From an uncultured Chloroflexia bacterium (GTDB lineage: Bacteria > Chloroflexota > Limnocylindria > Limnocylindrales > CSP1-4): a stretch of 64,000 bases of DNA. Of this stretch, positions 19,692-31,492 are shown piece by piece. A program made the translations under genes and the position numbers. The stretch is taken from NCBI GenBank assembly GCA_963746845.1, contig CAVVCZ010000006.1, positions 384,001 through 448,000 of the forward strand, written 5' to 3'. Numbering within the stretch: the stretch's first letter is position 1; each line of letters starts with the position of its first letter. The notes under the pieces are model-generated. The model saw nothing but the letters and a program-made list of their open reading frames with translations. It was not told the DNA's origin and made no database searches.

Positions 19692-19720
19692 AGAACGCTC
19701 GACGGACTCGATCTGTCCCA
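19692..19720 (-). promoter_or_regulatory. Putative ECF-sigma promoter TGGGACA-N19-TCT facing the small repeat protein
   Basis: Same motif and spacing as the copy on the + strand before the ECF gene. Confidence 0.55.
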
Positions 19721-19752
19721 ACCCGTCGGCGATCCGACAACGGAATCTCGTG

Positions 19753-19781
19753 TGGGACACTTGCGGCCCCAACGGGCCTCT
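19753..19781 (+). promoter_or_regulatory. Putative autoregulatory ECF-sigma promoter TGGGACA-N19-TCT
   Basis: Ends 8 nt before the ECF ATG (19790), consistent with a leaderless transcript; mirrored on the minus strand. Confidence 0.55.
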
Positions 19782-19789
19782 GATGAACG

Positions 19790-20326
19790 ATGGCCACGCT
19801 GATCAGGACCGATGAGGTTGGCTCGACGACCGTCCGGGCTGCGGCGGACGGGGACGTCGTCGCGCTCGAGCGGATCATCACGCGGTACCACCGCGACATG
19901 GCCCGCGTCTGTGTCGTCGTCTGCGGCGGGGATGCGGACCTGGCGGAGGACGCCGTCCAGGTGGCCTGGACCATCGCCTGGCGGAAGCTGGGCGGCCTGC
20001 GTGACCCGGAGCGGCTGCGGCCATGGCTCGTCGCGATCGCCGCCAACGAGGCCCGCCGCCTCGTGAAGTCCCAGCGGCGGCTCGTCGAGATCCCGGTGCA
20101 CGCCCCGACCGAGCTCGGTGACCCGTCCCTCGCGTCGGCGTCGCTCGACCTGCGCGCGGCACTTCAACGCCTGAAGCCCGAGGACCGGACGATCCTCGCC
20201 CTGCGTCATGTGGCCGGACTCGACTCGGTCGAGATCGGCCAGGCAATCGGCATGTCCGCGTCCGGCGTTCGTTCGCGTCTGGAACGCGTCCTCGCGCGGC
20301 TGCGAACGGAGCTCGACGATGGCTGA
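19790..20326 (+). CDS. ECF RNA polymerase sigma factor
   Basis: Region 2 (DLAEDAVQVAW...LRPWLVAIAANEARR) and region 4 (LDSVEIGQAIGMSASGVRSRL). Confidence 0.92.
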   Translation: MATLIRTDEVGSTTVRAAADGDVVALERIITRYHRDMARVCVVVCGGDADLAEDAVQVAWTIAWRKLGGLRDPERLRPWLVAIAANEARRLVKSQRRLVEIPVHAPTELGDPSLASASLDLRAALQRLKPEDRTILALRHVAGLDSVEIGQAIGMSASGVRSRLERVLARLRTELDDG

Positions 20327-21752
20327 CGAACGGTTCGAGACGGCCCTCGCCCGCACCCTCGTCGCGCTTGCGGACGAGGATGTCCGGCCGGTCGATGCCC
20401 ACTCGCTCGCGCTGGACCTCGTCCGCGCCGGTCGACCTGCGCGCGTCCGGATGCTGATTCCGACGCGGTCCAACCGGGTGTGGCTGGTGTTCGCCGCCGC
20501 GGCCCTGCTGCTCCTGGCCATCCTCGGCGCGGCCGTCGTGGGTCGTCTCGTCCTCCCGCACGGCCCGCTGGGACCGCTCGCCTTCATTCGCGATGGCGAC
20601 CTCTGGGCGGCAGCGGCGGACGGGACGGACCAACGGCGGGTTGCCGACCAGGGCGGCGAGCACTTCGAGTACCTCGTCGCTCGCTGGTCGCCGGACGGGA
20701 GCTACCTGCTCGTCGTCCGGGATCTGGGTGACATCGACCTCGTGCCGGCACTGGAGCTGTTCGACCGTGACGGCCGTCGGCTGTGGTCACGGCCGCTCGA
20801 GCCCGGTGGCCTCCCGGATGTGTCCTGGGCGCCGGACAGCCGGCGCTTCGTGGTCGACGAGTTCCCGACGATCGCGGCGACGACCGGCGAGCTCCTCGCT
20901 CCGTACCCGGGCGACGCCGTGTCACCGATGTCTCTGGCGATCTTCCGGGTGGATGGATCCCGGACGAGCTTCTCCATGCGGGCCGCTGCCCCGCCATTTG
21001 TCCGGCCGGGAGACGCCCGCGCCATCGTCCAGTCGGATCAGTGGGTGCGCTGGTCGCCGACCTCGGACTCGATCCTCGTCAAGGCGCTCGACGGGACCTG
21101 TTGCGATCCCCGCTTGTGGATCGTGTCGGCATCCGGATCGGACCGGCAGCGGATCACGAACGCGCAGACGGGCGTGCTCCCGATGTGGTTCGCGTGGCAG
21201 CCCGACGGCAACGCGATCGACGTGCTCGGGATCAGTCGTGACGAGTCCTGTCCCCACGGCGAGGTCGTGGACGGCGTGTGCACGTCGGGGACATGGTCGA
21301 TCGAACCAGCGAACGGACAGTGGACGTTCCACCCGTTCACCGGAGAATCGGGCACGGCGGAACCGGGCGCGGCGTACGTGACGGATCTCGCAGCGACGCC
21401 GGATGAGCGCCAGGTCGCGCTGTCCTGGTCGATCGTCGGCCAGCCGACCTCGGAGGCCCTCGATCACCCTTCGCGGCGGATGGAGGTGCTCGAGACCGCG
21501 ACGTCGACGCGTGCTGTGGTCGCGTCAGGTGCGTGGACCGTCGTCGGGCCAGCAGACCAACCGGCGGATGTGGTGGGGGACTGCGTCCTCTCCGGCTTCC
21601 TCTTCTGGGCCGGAGACGGCAGGCACATCTACCATCTCGGAGTCAGCGCAGGCGAGGCGTCGACCTGGTCGATTAGGTCGGTGGACGCCGCTGGCGGGTC
21701 GGCCACCACCATCGTGACCAGCGTCACGACCTTCGACCTCGCCCGCCGCTGA
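20319..21752 (+). CDS. Putative anti-sigma membrane protein with extracytoplasmic TolB/WD40-like beta-propeller
   Basis: Overlaps the ECF stop; short N-domain, one TM helix, repeated WSPDG/WAPDS/WSPTS/WQPDG motifs. Confidence 0.72.
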   Translation: MADERFETALARTLVALADEDVRPVDAHSLALDLVRAGRPARVRMLIPTRSNRVWLVFAAAALLLLAILGAAVVGRLVLPHGPLGPLAFIRDGDLWAAAADGTDQRRVADQGGEHFEYLVARWSPDGSYLLVVRDLGDIDLVPALELFDRDGRRLWSRPLEPGGLPDVSWAPDSRRFVVDEFPTIAATTGELLAPYPGDAVSPMSLAIFRVDGSRTSFSMRAAAPPFVRPGDARAIVQSDQWVRWSPTSDSILVKALDGTCCDPRLWIVSASGSDRQRITNAQTGVLPMWFAWQPDGNAIDVLGISRDESCPHGEVVDGVCTSGTWSIEPANGQWTFHPFTGESGTAEPGAAYVTDLAATPDERQVALSWSIVGQPTSEALDHPSRRMEVLETATSTRAVVASGAWTVVGPADQPADVVGDCVLSGFLFWAGDGRHIYHLGVSAGEASTWSIRSVDAAGGSATTIVTSVTTFDLARR

Positions 21753-21765
21753 GCGGGCAGCGCGA

Positions 21766-23469
<1,704 letters not shown>

Positions 23470-23560
23470 TCAGGACCTCCGGGGGTTTTTCGAATGCTAT
23501 CGAAAACGGGTCCCGGAGGCAAGACCGAACGATCCCCGATCGACCCGCGCGGAGGTGATC

Positions 23561-24208
23561 ATGGAGTTCGCGGACGTCGTGATGAAGAGACGCGCCGTGC
23601 GCCGGTTCGAGGAGGGCGGGGTCGACCACGAGGTGATCGAGCGGATCGCCCGGCTCGCCCAGCGGGCGCCGTCGGCCGGGTTCAGCCAGGGCCAGCGGCT
23701 CGTCGTCGTGACCGAGCCCAAGCGGCGGCGGGAGGTCGCCCGGGTCTGCGGCGAGGAGTACTACCTGGATCAGTTCGGGCCGTGGATCAGCGAGTGCGCG
23801 GCGCAGTTCGTGCCGTGCGTGTCCGAGGCGATCTACCACCGCCGCTACCAGGAGGCGGACAAGGTCGACGAGGACGGTCGCGAGATCGACTGGCCGGTCC
23901 CGTACTGGTTCGTCGATGTGGGCGCGACGATGCAGAACGTCTGGCTCGCCGCAGTCAACGAGGGCCTCGCCTGCGGGTTCGTCGGGACCGACGACCTCGG
24001 GTCGTTGAAAGAGGTGCTCGGGATCCCGGACGAGTTCACGCCCATCGGAGTGATGCCGGTCGGGCGACCGCTGCCGGACGTGCGGTCACCCAGCCTCAAG
24101 CGAGGCTGGGTGCCGTTCGAGGAGTTCGCTCACTGGGAGCGCTGGAAGCGGCGGTCCGCCGCCCGACGATCCGAGGCCGGCGGTCCGGAGCTACCTAACC
24201 GAACTTGA
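23561..24208 (+). CDS. Nitroreductase family protein
   Basis: RRAVRRF, APSAGFSQ, DVGATMQNVWLAAVNEGLAC; GGAGG RBS before ATG at 23561. Confidence 0.88.
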   Translation: MEFADVVMKRRAVRRFEEGGVDHEVIERIARLAQRAPSAGFSQGQRLVVVTEPKRRREVARVCGEEYYLDQFGPWISECAAQFVPCVSEAIYHRRYQEADKVDEDGREIDWPVPYWFVDVGATMQNVWLAAVNEGLACGFVGTDDLGSLKEVLGIPDEFTPIGVMPVGRPLPDVRSPSLKRGWVPFEEFAHWERWKRRSAARRSEAGGPELPNRT

Positions 24209-25517
24209 AGGACTCGATGATCGGCATCGCCAGCGGGACGAAGGCGTCGATATCGCCGCTTGGTCCTTGGTCATCACGAGGATCTGGAGAACGTCGCCGT
24301 CACCGAGGTCGAGGAGGATCAACCGCTCGCTCTCGGTGCCCATGATGCCGGTGCCCGGCATCATGTACGTGACGATCGGCGTGGTCACGGGTCCCCCGCA
24401 CGTCTTCGTCCAGGCGGGATCGATCCGGACATCGAGCCACTGACCGGAATTGCCGTCGATCATGATCGCGGTCGGTTTGGTGGTGACCAGCCCCGGAACG
24501 GTTCCAACCCACGTGACCAGGGCGTCGACCGTCCGCGTGACGCCGGGCTGGACCGTGTCGGAGCACGGCTCGTCCTGATTCGATCGCGCTTGGTTGCGTG
24601 TTGAGCACGATCTGACGGGATCGGTTGGCAGGGTCGATTGGTGGAAGCTCCGTACCGGCACGAGGTCAAATGACTCGGGCCAGTCGGCAGCGTTGGCCCA
24701 GCCGTCAGGGACCGTGTAGGTCACAGCCCCAAAAACAGGGTTCCACGAGCCGCCCGGATCGAGGCGTGGCGTGATGAACTGGGACTTGTACGTTCCGGCG
24801 TCGACGGCACCGAGGCAGTAGTCGTCAGCGAGCGGGCAGTCCTTCAGCCACCAGGTGCCATCGATGGCACCGGCCCGCGTCGGACAGGCATCTTGCTCCT
24901 CGGTGACCGTGAGGATTCGACCACTTGGATTGAGCGACCACGAGTACGTCCCGACGTCGCCCTTCGCGCACGCATCGGCTGCAGCCGTCGACTGTCCGAG
25001 CCGAACCTTCCCGTCCGCGACCGCCGACGCGCTCGACTGGAGCAACTGGGCGCTCGAGCCCGCGGATTGGGCGAAGTGGAAGGTGGACTCGCTGAATTCG
25101 AGCAAGGACCCGGCCCCGGGCACGACGAGACCGCGGTGACCGCCCATCCAGATCGCCCGGAGCCCACTCGGCACGGGACCGCCCGCGGCGACAGGTGAAC
25201 CGGCCGACGACGATGGCGAGCCGAGTGGTGATCCGCTGGCGCTCGGAATGGCCGATGAGCCGGGCCCTGGCGCGGCCCCCGGATCTGAAGAGGATCAACG
25301 AACCGGCGACGACGACGACCGCGGTCGCGCCGAGCAGGCGGCGATGGAGAGGCGATTCATGGGTGTGGACCTCCAGGTCAGCCATCGCACCGGCCGCCGC
25401 TGCGGCGCGGTCTCGACGGCTCGCGAGGACGGCGGCAATCGCGTGGTCGGGCGCCTCGTCCGGCATCAGGTCGAGCCAGGCTCGAACGATCCGATCGGTG
25501 TCGCGGTTCACGGTCAT
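24195..25517 (-). pseudogene. Putative anti-sigma membrane protein broken by several frameshifts (pseudogene or sequencing errors)
   Basis: ATG overlaps the ECF stop; MTVNRDTDRIVRAWLDLMPDEAPD N-terminus, TM segment, Cys-containing extracytoplasmic domain and C-terminus DAFVPLAMPIIESFKFG* lie in different frames. Confidence 0.6.
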
Positions 25518-26063
25518 GCCATCCGTCCTTCGGGGACGACCGGCGCCGCGTCGGCCTCGATGGCCGCGCGCAGCGTCCGGGTCGCGTAATGCAGATCGCG
25601 AGCGGACCGTCCCGGCCGGGACGCCGAGCGTGTCGGCGATCTCGACCAGGGGCAGCCCGATGTGGTGATGCAGGACGAACACGGCCCGATGCTCGATCGA
25701 GAGCCGGCCGAACGCCCGATCGAGGGCGTCACGGTCGACGACCGAGAGGAGGCCGTCCGGCCCGACCGGCCCGTCGACCGGCAGGACGCGGATGTGGGAT
25801 GCCCATGACCGGCGACGCCTGGCCTCGGCGTAGCAGGCATGAACGAGGAGGCGTCGCAGCCAGGCCTCGAAGCGAGCCGGGTCGCGCAGGGTGGGCAGGT
25901 TCCGCCAGGCCGTGATCAGGGCGCTCTGCAGGGCGTCCTCAGCAAGGTCGGCGTCGCGCAGGATCCGTGCGGCCAGCGCGTACATCCGGTCGCTGGTCAG
26001 CTGGACCAGGTCCGCGAATGCCTCGCGATCGCCGTGTCGGGCCCGCTCGACGAGCTCGTCCAC
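25514..26063 (-). CDS. ECF RNA polymerase sigma factor; +1 frameshift near 25595
   Basis: LVERARHGDREAF, AEDALQSALITAWR, FEAWLRRLLV, EIADTLGVPAGTVRSR continues as LHYATRTLR in another frame; GGAGG RBS. Confidence 0.88.
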
Positions 26064-26366
26064 CCGTTCCCTCCGATGAGCCGCGCCGATGAGGCGCGTT
26101 CACCGTCAATGAGTGTGGGCGTCGGAGCAAACGTTCAGCGGGCGCAGACCACGACCGTCACCAACGTCTCGCGATCGCGTATTGCAAGAAGGCGTTATCC
26201 GAACGCAGTCGACGCCCGTTCGGATCGTTGAAGGCTTCCCGGCGATCGCCGGACGCCTTCTGGCAATGAAGCCGGCCACAAGTGACCGCCAAGCGGACGG
26301 TGGTGATGTCCGTTGCGGGCAACTACGCCTACTTGAGATATCGGGGGCGTGCGCCGGGTGGTCCGG

Positions 26367-26398
26367 CGCCGCGCGGGCCTTACGCCGCGCGGGCCTTA
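26367..26398. repeat. Perfect 16-bp tandem duplication (CGCCGCGCGGGCCTTA x2)
   Basis: Read directly; contains the TAA stop of the EamA gene. Confidence 0.85.
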
Positions 26399-27337
26399 CG
26401 ACCGGCCCGACCCGGCAGCACGCCGCGGGTGATCAGCACACCGGCGACGATCACGACGCCGCCGACGACCTGGCCGGCACGGATCGGCTCGGACAGGAAG
26501 ATCGCGGCGAGGACGACCGCCAACGCCGGGACCAGGAACTGGTACGCCGACGTCCGGGTCGGGCCGACGACACGGACCCCGTTCTGGACGATGACGTTCG
26601 AGACGCCCGCGGCCAGGAAGCCGGAATAGAGGACGGCACCGATGACCTCGGGCGGGACGCTCGCGAGCCCGGCGGCCGAGAGCTGCGCGATCGCGATCGG
26701 AGCGAGCACGACCGTTCCCGCCACTGTGGCCCAGGCCGTCGCCCGGAGCGGGCTGTACCGCCCGAGGAACCGCGCGCCGAACGCGAGATAGACCGACCAG
26801 CAGAACGCCGCAAGGAGCGTGATCGCCTCGCCCGGCGAGCTCGCTCCCGAGGCTCAGCCCGTACCCCGACGCGATGACGATCGCGACGCCGACGAACGAG
26901 ATCACGCCGCCGCCGACCTTCGCCGGGGTCAGGACGTCGGACCGGGCGAGGACGGCGAGGAACGCGACCAGGACGGGGGTCGAGGCGATGATCAGTGCCG
27001 AATCGCCGGCCGGGATGGTCGACAGGCCTGTCGTCCAGAGGATCTGGTAGATCCCGAAGCCCAGCGCGCCGAGGCCGGCGATGCCGAGCAGGTCACGCCG
27101 CGGGAGTCCGACCGATCCTTCCCGCCAGCGGAGCAGCGCGAACAGGGTGAGCGAGGCGATCGCGAACCGGAGGAACGTGAACCCGACCGGCGGCAGGACC
27201 GTGAGCGCCGACTTGACGACGATGAAGTTGGCCGCCCACAGGACCATGACCGCGAGGACCGCGACCTCGGCGACGCGGCGCTCGGAGCGGCTGAACCTGA
27301 CGCGGGAGGACACCGTCAACGGGTGCCCCGGGGACAC
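26380..27337 (-). CDS. EamA/DMT family transporter; +1 frameshift near 26831-26833; start uncertain
   Basis: LWAANFIVVK, FLRFAIAS, SALIIASTP, then ITLLAAFCWSVY...YQFLVP...FLSEPI in a second frame. Confidence 0.85.
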
Positions 27338-27341
27338 CGAA

Positions 27342-27367
27342 ACGCCCGCCGGGGTTCCGGCGGGCGT
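27342..27367 (-). terminator. Putative intrinsic terminator after the small membrane protein
   Basis: Perfect 11-bp stem ACGCCCGCCGG/CCGGCGGGCGT, 4-nt loop, short U tract on the minus strand. Confidence 0.55.
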
Positions 27368-27424
27368 CGAAGCCTCGGTGGTCGCCGCCGCGCCATCCGG
27401 CGCCGCGGCTTCGTTCGTGCGGAT

Positions 27425-27580
27425 CTACGCGCCTTCGCGATCGAGCTCGAGCAGGTCGTCCTCCTGCTCCTCGGTGACCTTCAGCCAGACGAACAGCCCG
27501 GCGAGGACGATGAGCGGGATGACGATCAACGCGGCAAGCGTGATCCCGAGGGCGACGGCGACGGTCTTGAGCGCCTTCAT
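27425..27580 (-). CDS. Small single-TM protein with acidic tail (51 aa)
   Basis: GGAGG RBS, MKALKTVAVALGITLAALIVIPLIVLAGLFVWLKVTEEQEDDLLELDREGA, downstream hairpin. Confidence 0.7.
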   Translation of the reverse strand: MKALKTVAVALGITLAALIVIPLIVLAGLFVWLKVTEEQEDDLLELDREGA

Positions 27581-27654
27581 GGTTCGTTCCTCCGTGTGGT
27601 TGGGGTTGGGCATGACCTGCGATCCTGTGGGTGACGACGTCCGGCTGTGGCGGG

Positions 27655-28179
27655 TCAGGCGGTCGTCTTGGACTTGGGGTTCGGGATCGGCACCCGGAGC
27701 GCCGGCCCCCGCGCCACGAGCTCGGCGATGTCGTCCCGGGTGAACTCGGCGAGGATGTGCTGGCCGCCCTGCTGGGCGGTCTGGAACAGGCGGACGACGA
27801 ACGCCCCGTCCTGCTCGAAGAAGAACACGTCACGCGGCCGCTGCTCGTCCATGTACCGGCCGATCACGCGCAGCGCGGTCTCGTAGAACCCGGCGTCGCG
27901 GTGCGGCTCCGGTCCGGGCTTCCCGCGCCGGGCGACGGACTCCTCCATGAACCGCGAGATGTCGTCGTCGAGGAACGTGAGGGTCTCCTTGGCCTGGTGG
28001 CCGAGCGACTCGGACCAGGCCCCGCCGGCCTCGCCGCTCGTCACGACTCCCTGGACGATGAACCCGTCCGGCGCTTCGACGAGGAGGATCTCGCGCATGC
28101 CCCGCTGGTCGATGAAGGCCCCGATCGAGCGGAAGACCTCCTCGAAGTCCTGGCGCGGGCTTCCCTCGTAGATGCGCAT
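27655..28179 (-). CDS. Hypothetical protein made of two internal repeats
   Basis: GGAGG RBS, normal composition, two similar halves (see findings). Confidence 0.8.
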   Translation of the reverse strand: MRIYEGSPRQDFEEVFRSIGAFIDQRGMREILLVEAPDGFIVQGVVTSGEAGGAWSESLGHQAKETLTFLDDDISRFMEESVARRGKPGPEPHRDAGFYETALRVIGRYMDEQRPRDVFFFEQDGAFVVRLFQTAQQGGQHILAEFTRDDIAELVARGPALRVPIPNPKSKTTA

Positions 28180-28239
28180 CGGGCCTCCCTCTGGGCCTGC
28201 CGGACGCCACGACGCGGCGTGGCTTGCAATCGCCGGTGG

Positions 28240-29208
28240 TCAGGAGCCGGTGGTCCGGTCGAGCAGGCCGCGATCCTTCGCCCGTCGGTCGCTCGCCCGG
28301 AAGACGGCCACTGCCGCGAGTGTAGCCACCGCCCCGCTCAGCAGCAAGGCGAGGACGATCGTCACGGGGTCCGGCGCGGGGCTCCCGGTGAGCTGGGTGT
28401 AGAGCGATCCGGGGCCACCGATCGACGAGACGCCGCCGGGGAACAGGGCGTGCCTGACGCCCTCGATCCACCACGTCAGCGGGGTGATCAGCCCGATCGC
28501 CTGCACGGCGCTCGGCAGGACCGCCAGCGGGAAGACCACGCCGGACACCAGGAACAGGGCGCCGGCGGCGGCCTCCGGATACGACCACGACTCCTGCCGG
28601 GTCTGCAGGCAGATCGCCGCGAGGAGCAGCCCGATCGCGAGAATCGAGGTGACACCGATCACCATGACCGCGGCCAGCAGCGTCCAGTGGACCCGTGCGA
28701 TGTCGAACGGCACGCCGAGCACGGCGACGCCAACGACGAGCGTGATCGCGGCCCCCATCGCGCCAACGCCGATCCGGGCGACGCCGCGGCCGAAGACCAC
28801 CGCGAGGAACTCGCTCGGGCTGACGTAGAGGTACTTCAGCATCCGGTAGCGCTCGCGGTCGTCGAGGATCATCCAGGCGAGGCCGCTGACCCCGGACAGG
28901 ACGAACGACCAGAGCGCGCTGCCCACGACCACGAACGCGCGGTACTCCGGCTTCGAGCCGCCGCTGATGACGTCGAGCATGACGACGAGGATCAGGGCCG
29001 AGGCGAGCGGCTTCGCGACGGAGTAGATGAAGAACAGGATCGGGTCGGTCCAGTTCGCCTCCATCTGCCAGCCGAGGCGCGTCGCGGTCGCGAAGCTCCG
29101 CCGCACGTCGATCCAGCCGCGACCGCGCGTTCTCGCCGGGTCGAACCCGCCCCAGGCCGGGGAGGCCAGACCGGGCGCGTCGGCGCGGATCGCGGGATCG
29201 GCGGTCAT
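28240..29208 (-). CDS. ABC-2 type exporter permease
   Basis: Six hydrophobic segments, LVSGVVFPLAVLP...TPLTWWIEGVR; ATG at 29208 overlaps the upstream stop. Confidence 0.88.
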   Translation of the reverse strand: MTADPAIRADAPGLASPAWGGFDPARTRGRGWIDVRRSFATATRLGWQMEANWTDPILFFIYSVAKPLASALILVVMLDVISGGSKPEYRAFVVVGSALWSFVLSGVSGLAWMILDDRERYRMLKYLYVSPSEFLAVVFGRGVARIGVGAMGAAITLVVGVAVLGVPFDIARVHWTLLAAVMVIGVTSILAIGLLLAAICLQTRQESWSYPEAAAGALFLVSGVVFPLAVLPSAVQAIGLITPLTWWIEGVRHALFPGGVSSIGGPGSLYTQLTGSPAPDPVTIVLALLLSGAVATLAAVAVFRASDRRAKDRGLLDRTTGS

Positions 29209-30116
29209 TGCCAGCGCACCGAGAGCCGCCCTTCCTGGCGGGCCCGTCGCTCGAGCGTCACGAGCGCCCACCGGGCGACCGCGAGGAAGACGACGACCAT
29301 CGCGGCGAGGATCAGGGCCTCGATGCCGGGCGGGGGTGTCCCGGTCGGGTAGGCCGAGCCGGCGAACGCGAGCTGGCGCATCGCGTCCAGCCCGACCGCG
29401 AGCGGGATGATGCTGATGGCCAGGGAGCCCAGCACGCCCAGCCGCGCGATCGGGAAGTTCAGCCCCGACACGAAGTAGACCGGCTCCACGAGCAGCTGGG
29501 TCAGATGCCACGCCTCGCGGCCCCACATCAGGAACAGGCTGGCGAGGACCATCCCGAGTCCGTACAGCGCCGCGAGAGTCAACAGGAACACGGCGAACAG
29601 CAGGGCCCACTGGTCGACCGAGAAGGTCACGCCGAACACGGTGGTCGCGATGATCAGGACGGCGGCCGCGCGGGTGGAGCTCATCACGAACCCGCCGAAG
29701 GCCATCCCGAACAGGACGGCCATGATGTTCATCGGCGCGGCGAAGTAGAGCTCGAGGTTGCCCTGGCTCTTCTCCCACCAGAGCTGCTGGGCCATCATCC
29801 AGATCACGTTCAGCCAGAACGCGGTCATCGCCCCGCCGAGGACGACGAAGCCGATGTACTGGGGTGGCGCCTGCAGCGCCCGGTAGACGAAGACGAACGC
29901 CGCGGTCGACAGAAACGGCAGCAGGATCTCGAAGAAGACCCAGCTCTTCTCCCGGGCCAGGCCCGTGATCCGCGGATAGGCCCGGCCGTGGATCGTCCGC
30001 AGGTTCGTCAGCCAGATCTGGCGGCGCGTCCACTCGGCGGCTGCCTGCGGGCTGGCGGTGGGCCGGTAGACGAACGCCGATCGCGGCGGGAGCGACCCGG
30101 CCTCGCCAGCGCTCAC
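29205..30116 (-). CDS. ABC-2 type exporter permease
   Basis: EKSQGNLELYFAAP, FVSGLNFP, IPLAVGLDAMR; multiple TM helices. Confidence 0.88.
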   Translation of the reverse strand: MSAGEAGSLPPRSAFVYRPTASPQAAAEWTRRQIWLTNLRTIHGRAYPRITGLAREKSWVFFEILLPFLSTAAFVFVYRALQAPPQYIGFVVLGGAMTAFWLNVIWMMAQQLWWEKSQGNLELYFAAPMNIMAVLFGMAFGGFVMSSTRAAAVLIIATTVFGVTFSVDQWALLFAVFLLTLAALYGLGMVLASLFLMWGREAWHLTQLLVEPVYFVSGLNFPIARLGVLGSLAISIIPLAVGLDAMRQLAFAGSAYPTGTPPPGIEALILAAMVVVFLAVARWALVTLERRARQEGRLSVRWQ

Positions 30117-31249
30117 GCGACCTCCTCCGCCTCACGCTCGTGCGAGTCGTCCGTCCCGCGGCTCCCGGCGTCGGCCTCGCCGGGCTCGTTCGGGATCCGC
30201 TCGTCGTCGCCCGCCTCGTCGGCATCGTGGAAGCCGCGTCCGACGAGCTCGACGAAGACATCCTCGAGCGAGGGCTCGGATTTTCGGAGCGCGAGGATGT
30301 GGGAGCCGAGCCCGCCCAGCGCGCCGACGACCCCGCCGAGGGCACCGTCGTCCTCCAGGGCGAGGTTGACCTCGACGGTCCGGCGGTCGGCCTTGCCGTC
30401 GGCCCGGTCGCCGGCGGCCAGAGCGGCGCTGACGACGCCCGGCAGCCGGCGGAGCGCGCCGGCCCCGCCGTCGAGCCGGTCGAGCTCGAGGCGGAACACG
30501 CTCTCGCGCTGGACGCGCCGCTTCAGCTCGTCGGGCGTGCCGAGGGCGAGGATCCGGCCGTGGTCGACGATCGCGATCCGCTCGCACAGCTCGTCGGCCT
30601 CGGCCATGTAGTGGGTGGTGAGGAGGACCGTCCGGCCGGGCACGGCCGCCTTCCAGGCGAGGACCAGCTCTCGGACCGACCGGGCGGCCGACACGTCCAG
30701 ACCGAGGGTCGGCTCGTCGAGGAAGAAGATCCACGGGTCGTTGAGGAGGCCGCGGGCGAAGTTCATCCGCTGGCGCTGGCCGGTCGACAGGGTGCTGACG
30801 CGCTGGAGCGCCTGCTCCTCCATCCCGACGGCCTCGATCAGCTCGTCCACGCGCTTCCAGCCGTCGCGGGACGGCAGGCCGTAGAACTGGCTGAACATCC
30901 AGAGCTGCTCGCGGACGGTGAGGATCCCGTAGCCCGATTGCTCGCCGCCGGCGACCATGTTCATGATCCGGCGGATCTGCCTGGTCTGGCGGGAGACGTC
31001 GAAGCCGAAGATCCGGGCACTCCCCTCGGACGGGAGGAGGAGCGTCGTGAGGATCTTGATCAGCGTCGTCTTGCCCGCACCGTTCGGCCCGAGCAGGCCG
31101 AAGAACTCGCCCGGCTCGACCTGGAGGTCGACCCCATCGAGGGCGACGACGGGCTTCGGCTTGACGTTGTAGACGCGTCGGATTCCGCGGACGTCGATGG
31201 CGAGCGGTGGCCGGGCGTCGGGCTCGGAAGCGGGTTGGACGGGGGACAC
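30113..31249 (-). CDS. ABC exporter ATP-binding protein (DrrA-like)
   Basis: GPNGAGKTT, LSTGQ, FFLDEPTLGLD, TTHYMAEA; start set to GTG at 31249. Confidence 0.92.
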   Translation of the reverse strand: MSPVQPASEPDARPPLAIDVRGIRRVYNVKPKPVVALDGVDLQVEPGEFFGLLGPNGAGKTTLIKILTTLLLPSEGSARIFGFDVSRQTRQIRRIMNMVAGGEQSGYGILTVREQLWMFSQFYGLPSRDGWKRVDELIEAVGMEEQALQRVSTLSTGQRQRMNFARGLLNDPWIFFLDEPTLGLDVSAARSVRELVLAWKAAVPGRTVLLTTHYMAEADELCERIAIVDHGRILALGTPDELKRRVQRESVFRLELDRLDGGAGALRRLPGVVSAALAAGDRADGKADRRTVEVNLALEDDGALGGVVGALGGLGSHILALRKSEPSLEDVFVELVGRGFHDADEAGDDERIPNEPGEADAGSRGTDDSHEREAEEVA

Positions 31250-31492
31250 GGGACACCCCGGGCGGTCATCTGGAGGGATCGGGAGTGTACCCCTCGACCG
31301 GGGGTTTGAGAAGGGCGCCGTCGTCCACGTGTGAGATATCGATCGAACACGAGCGGGTCGGTTGTCGACGGATGTCGATGGCCGTTGGCCACGGAGCGCC
31401 GAGCCCGAAGCGGCCCCCGCGGTCGAGGATGGGACGCGGTCGACGACTCCCCACGTCGACCGTGAATCATCCGTTGAACCGAGGCCCGTCCG

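Noticed and set aside
26367-26398. CRISPR repeat or insertion-sequence target duplication
   Set aside because: Only two adjacent 16-bp copies, no spacers, and no cas or transposase nearby
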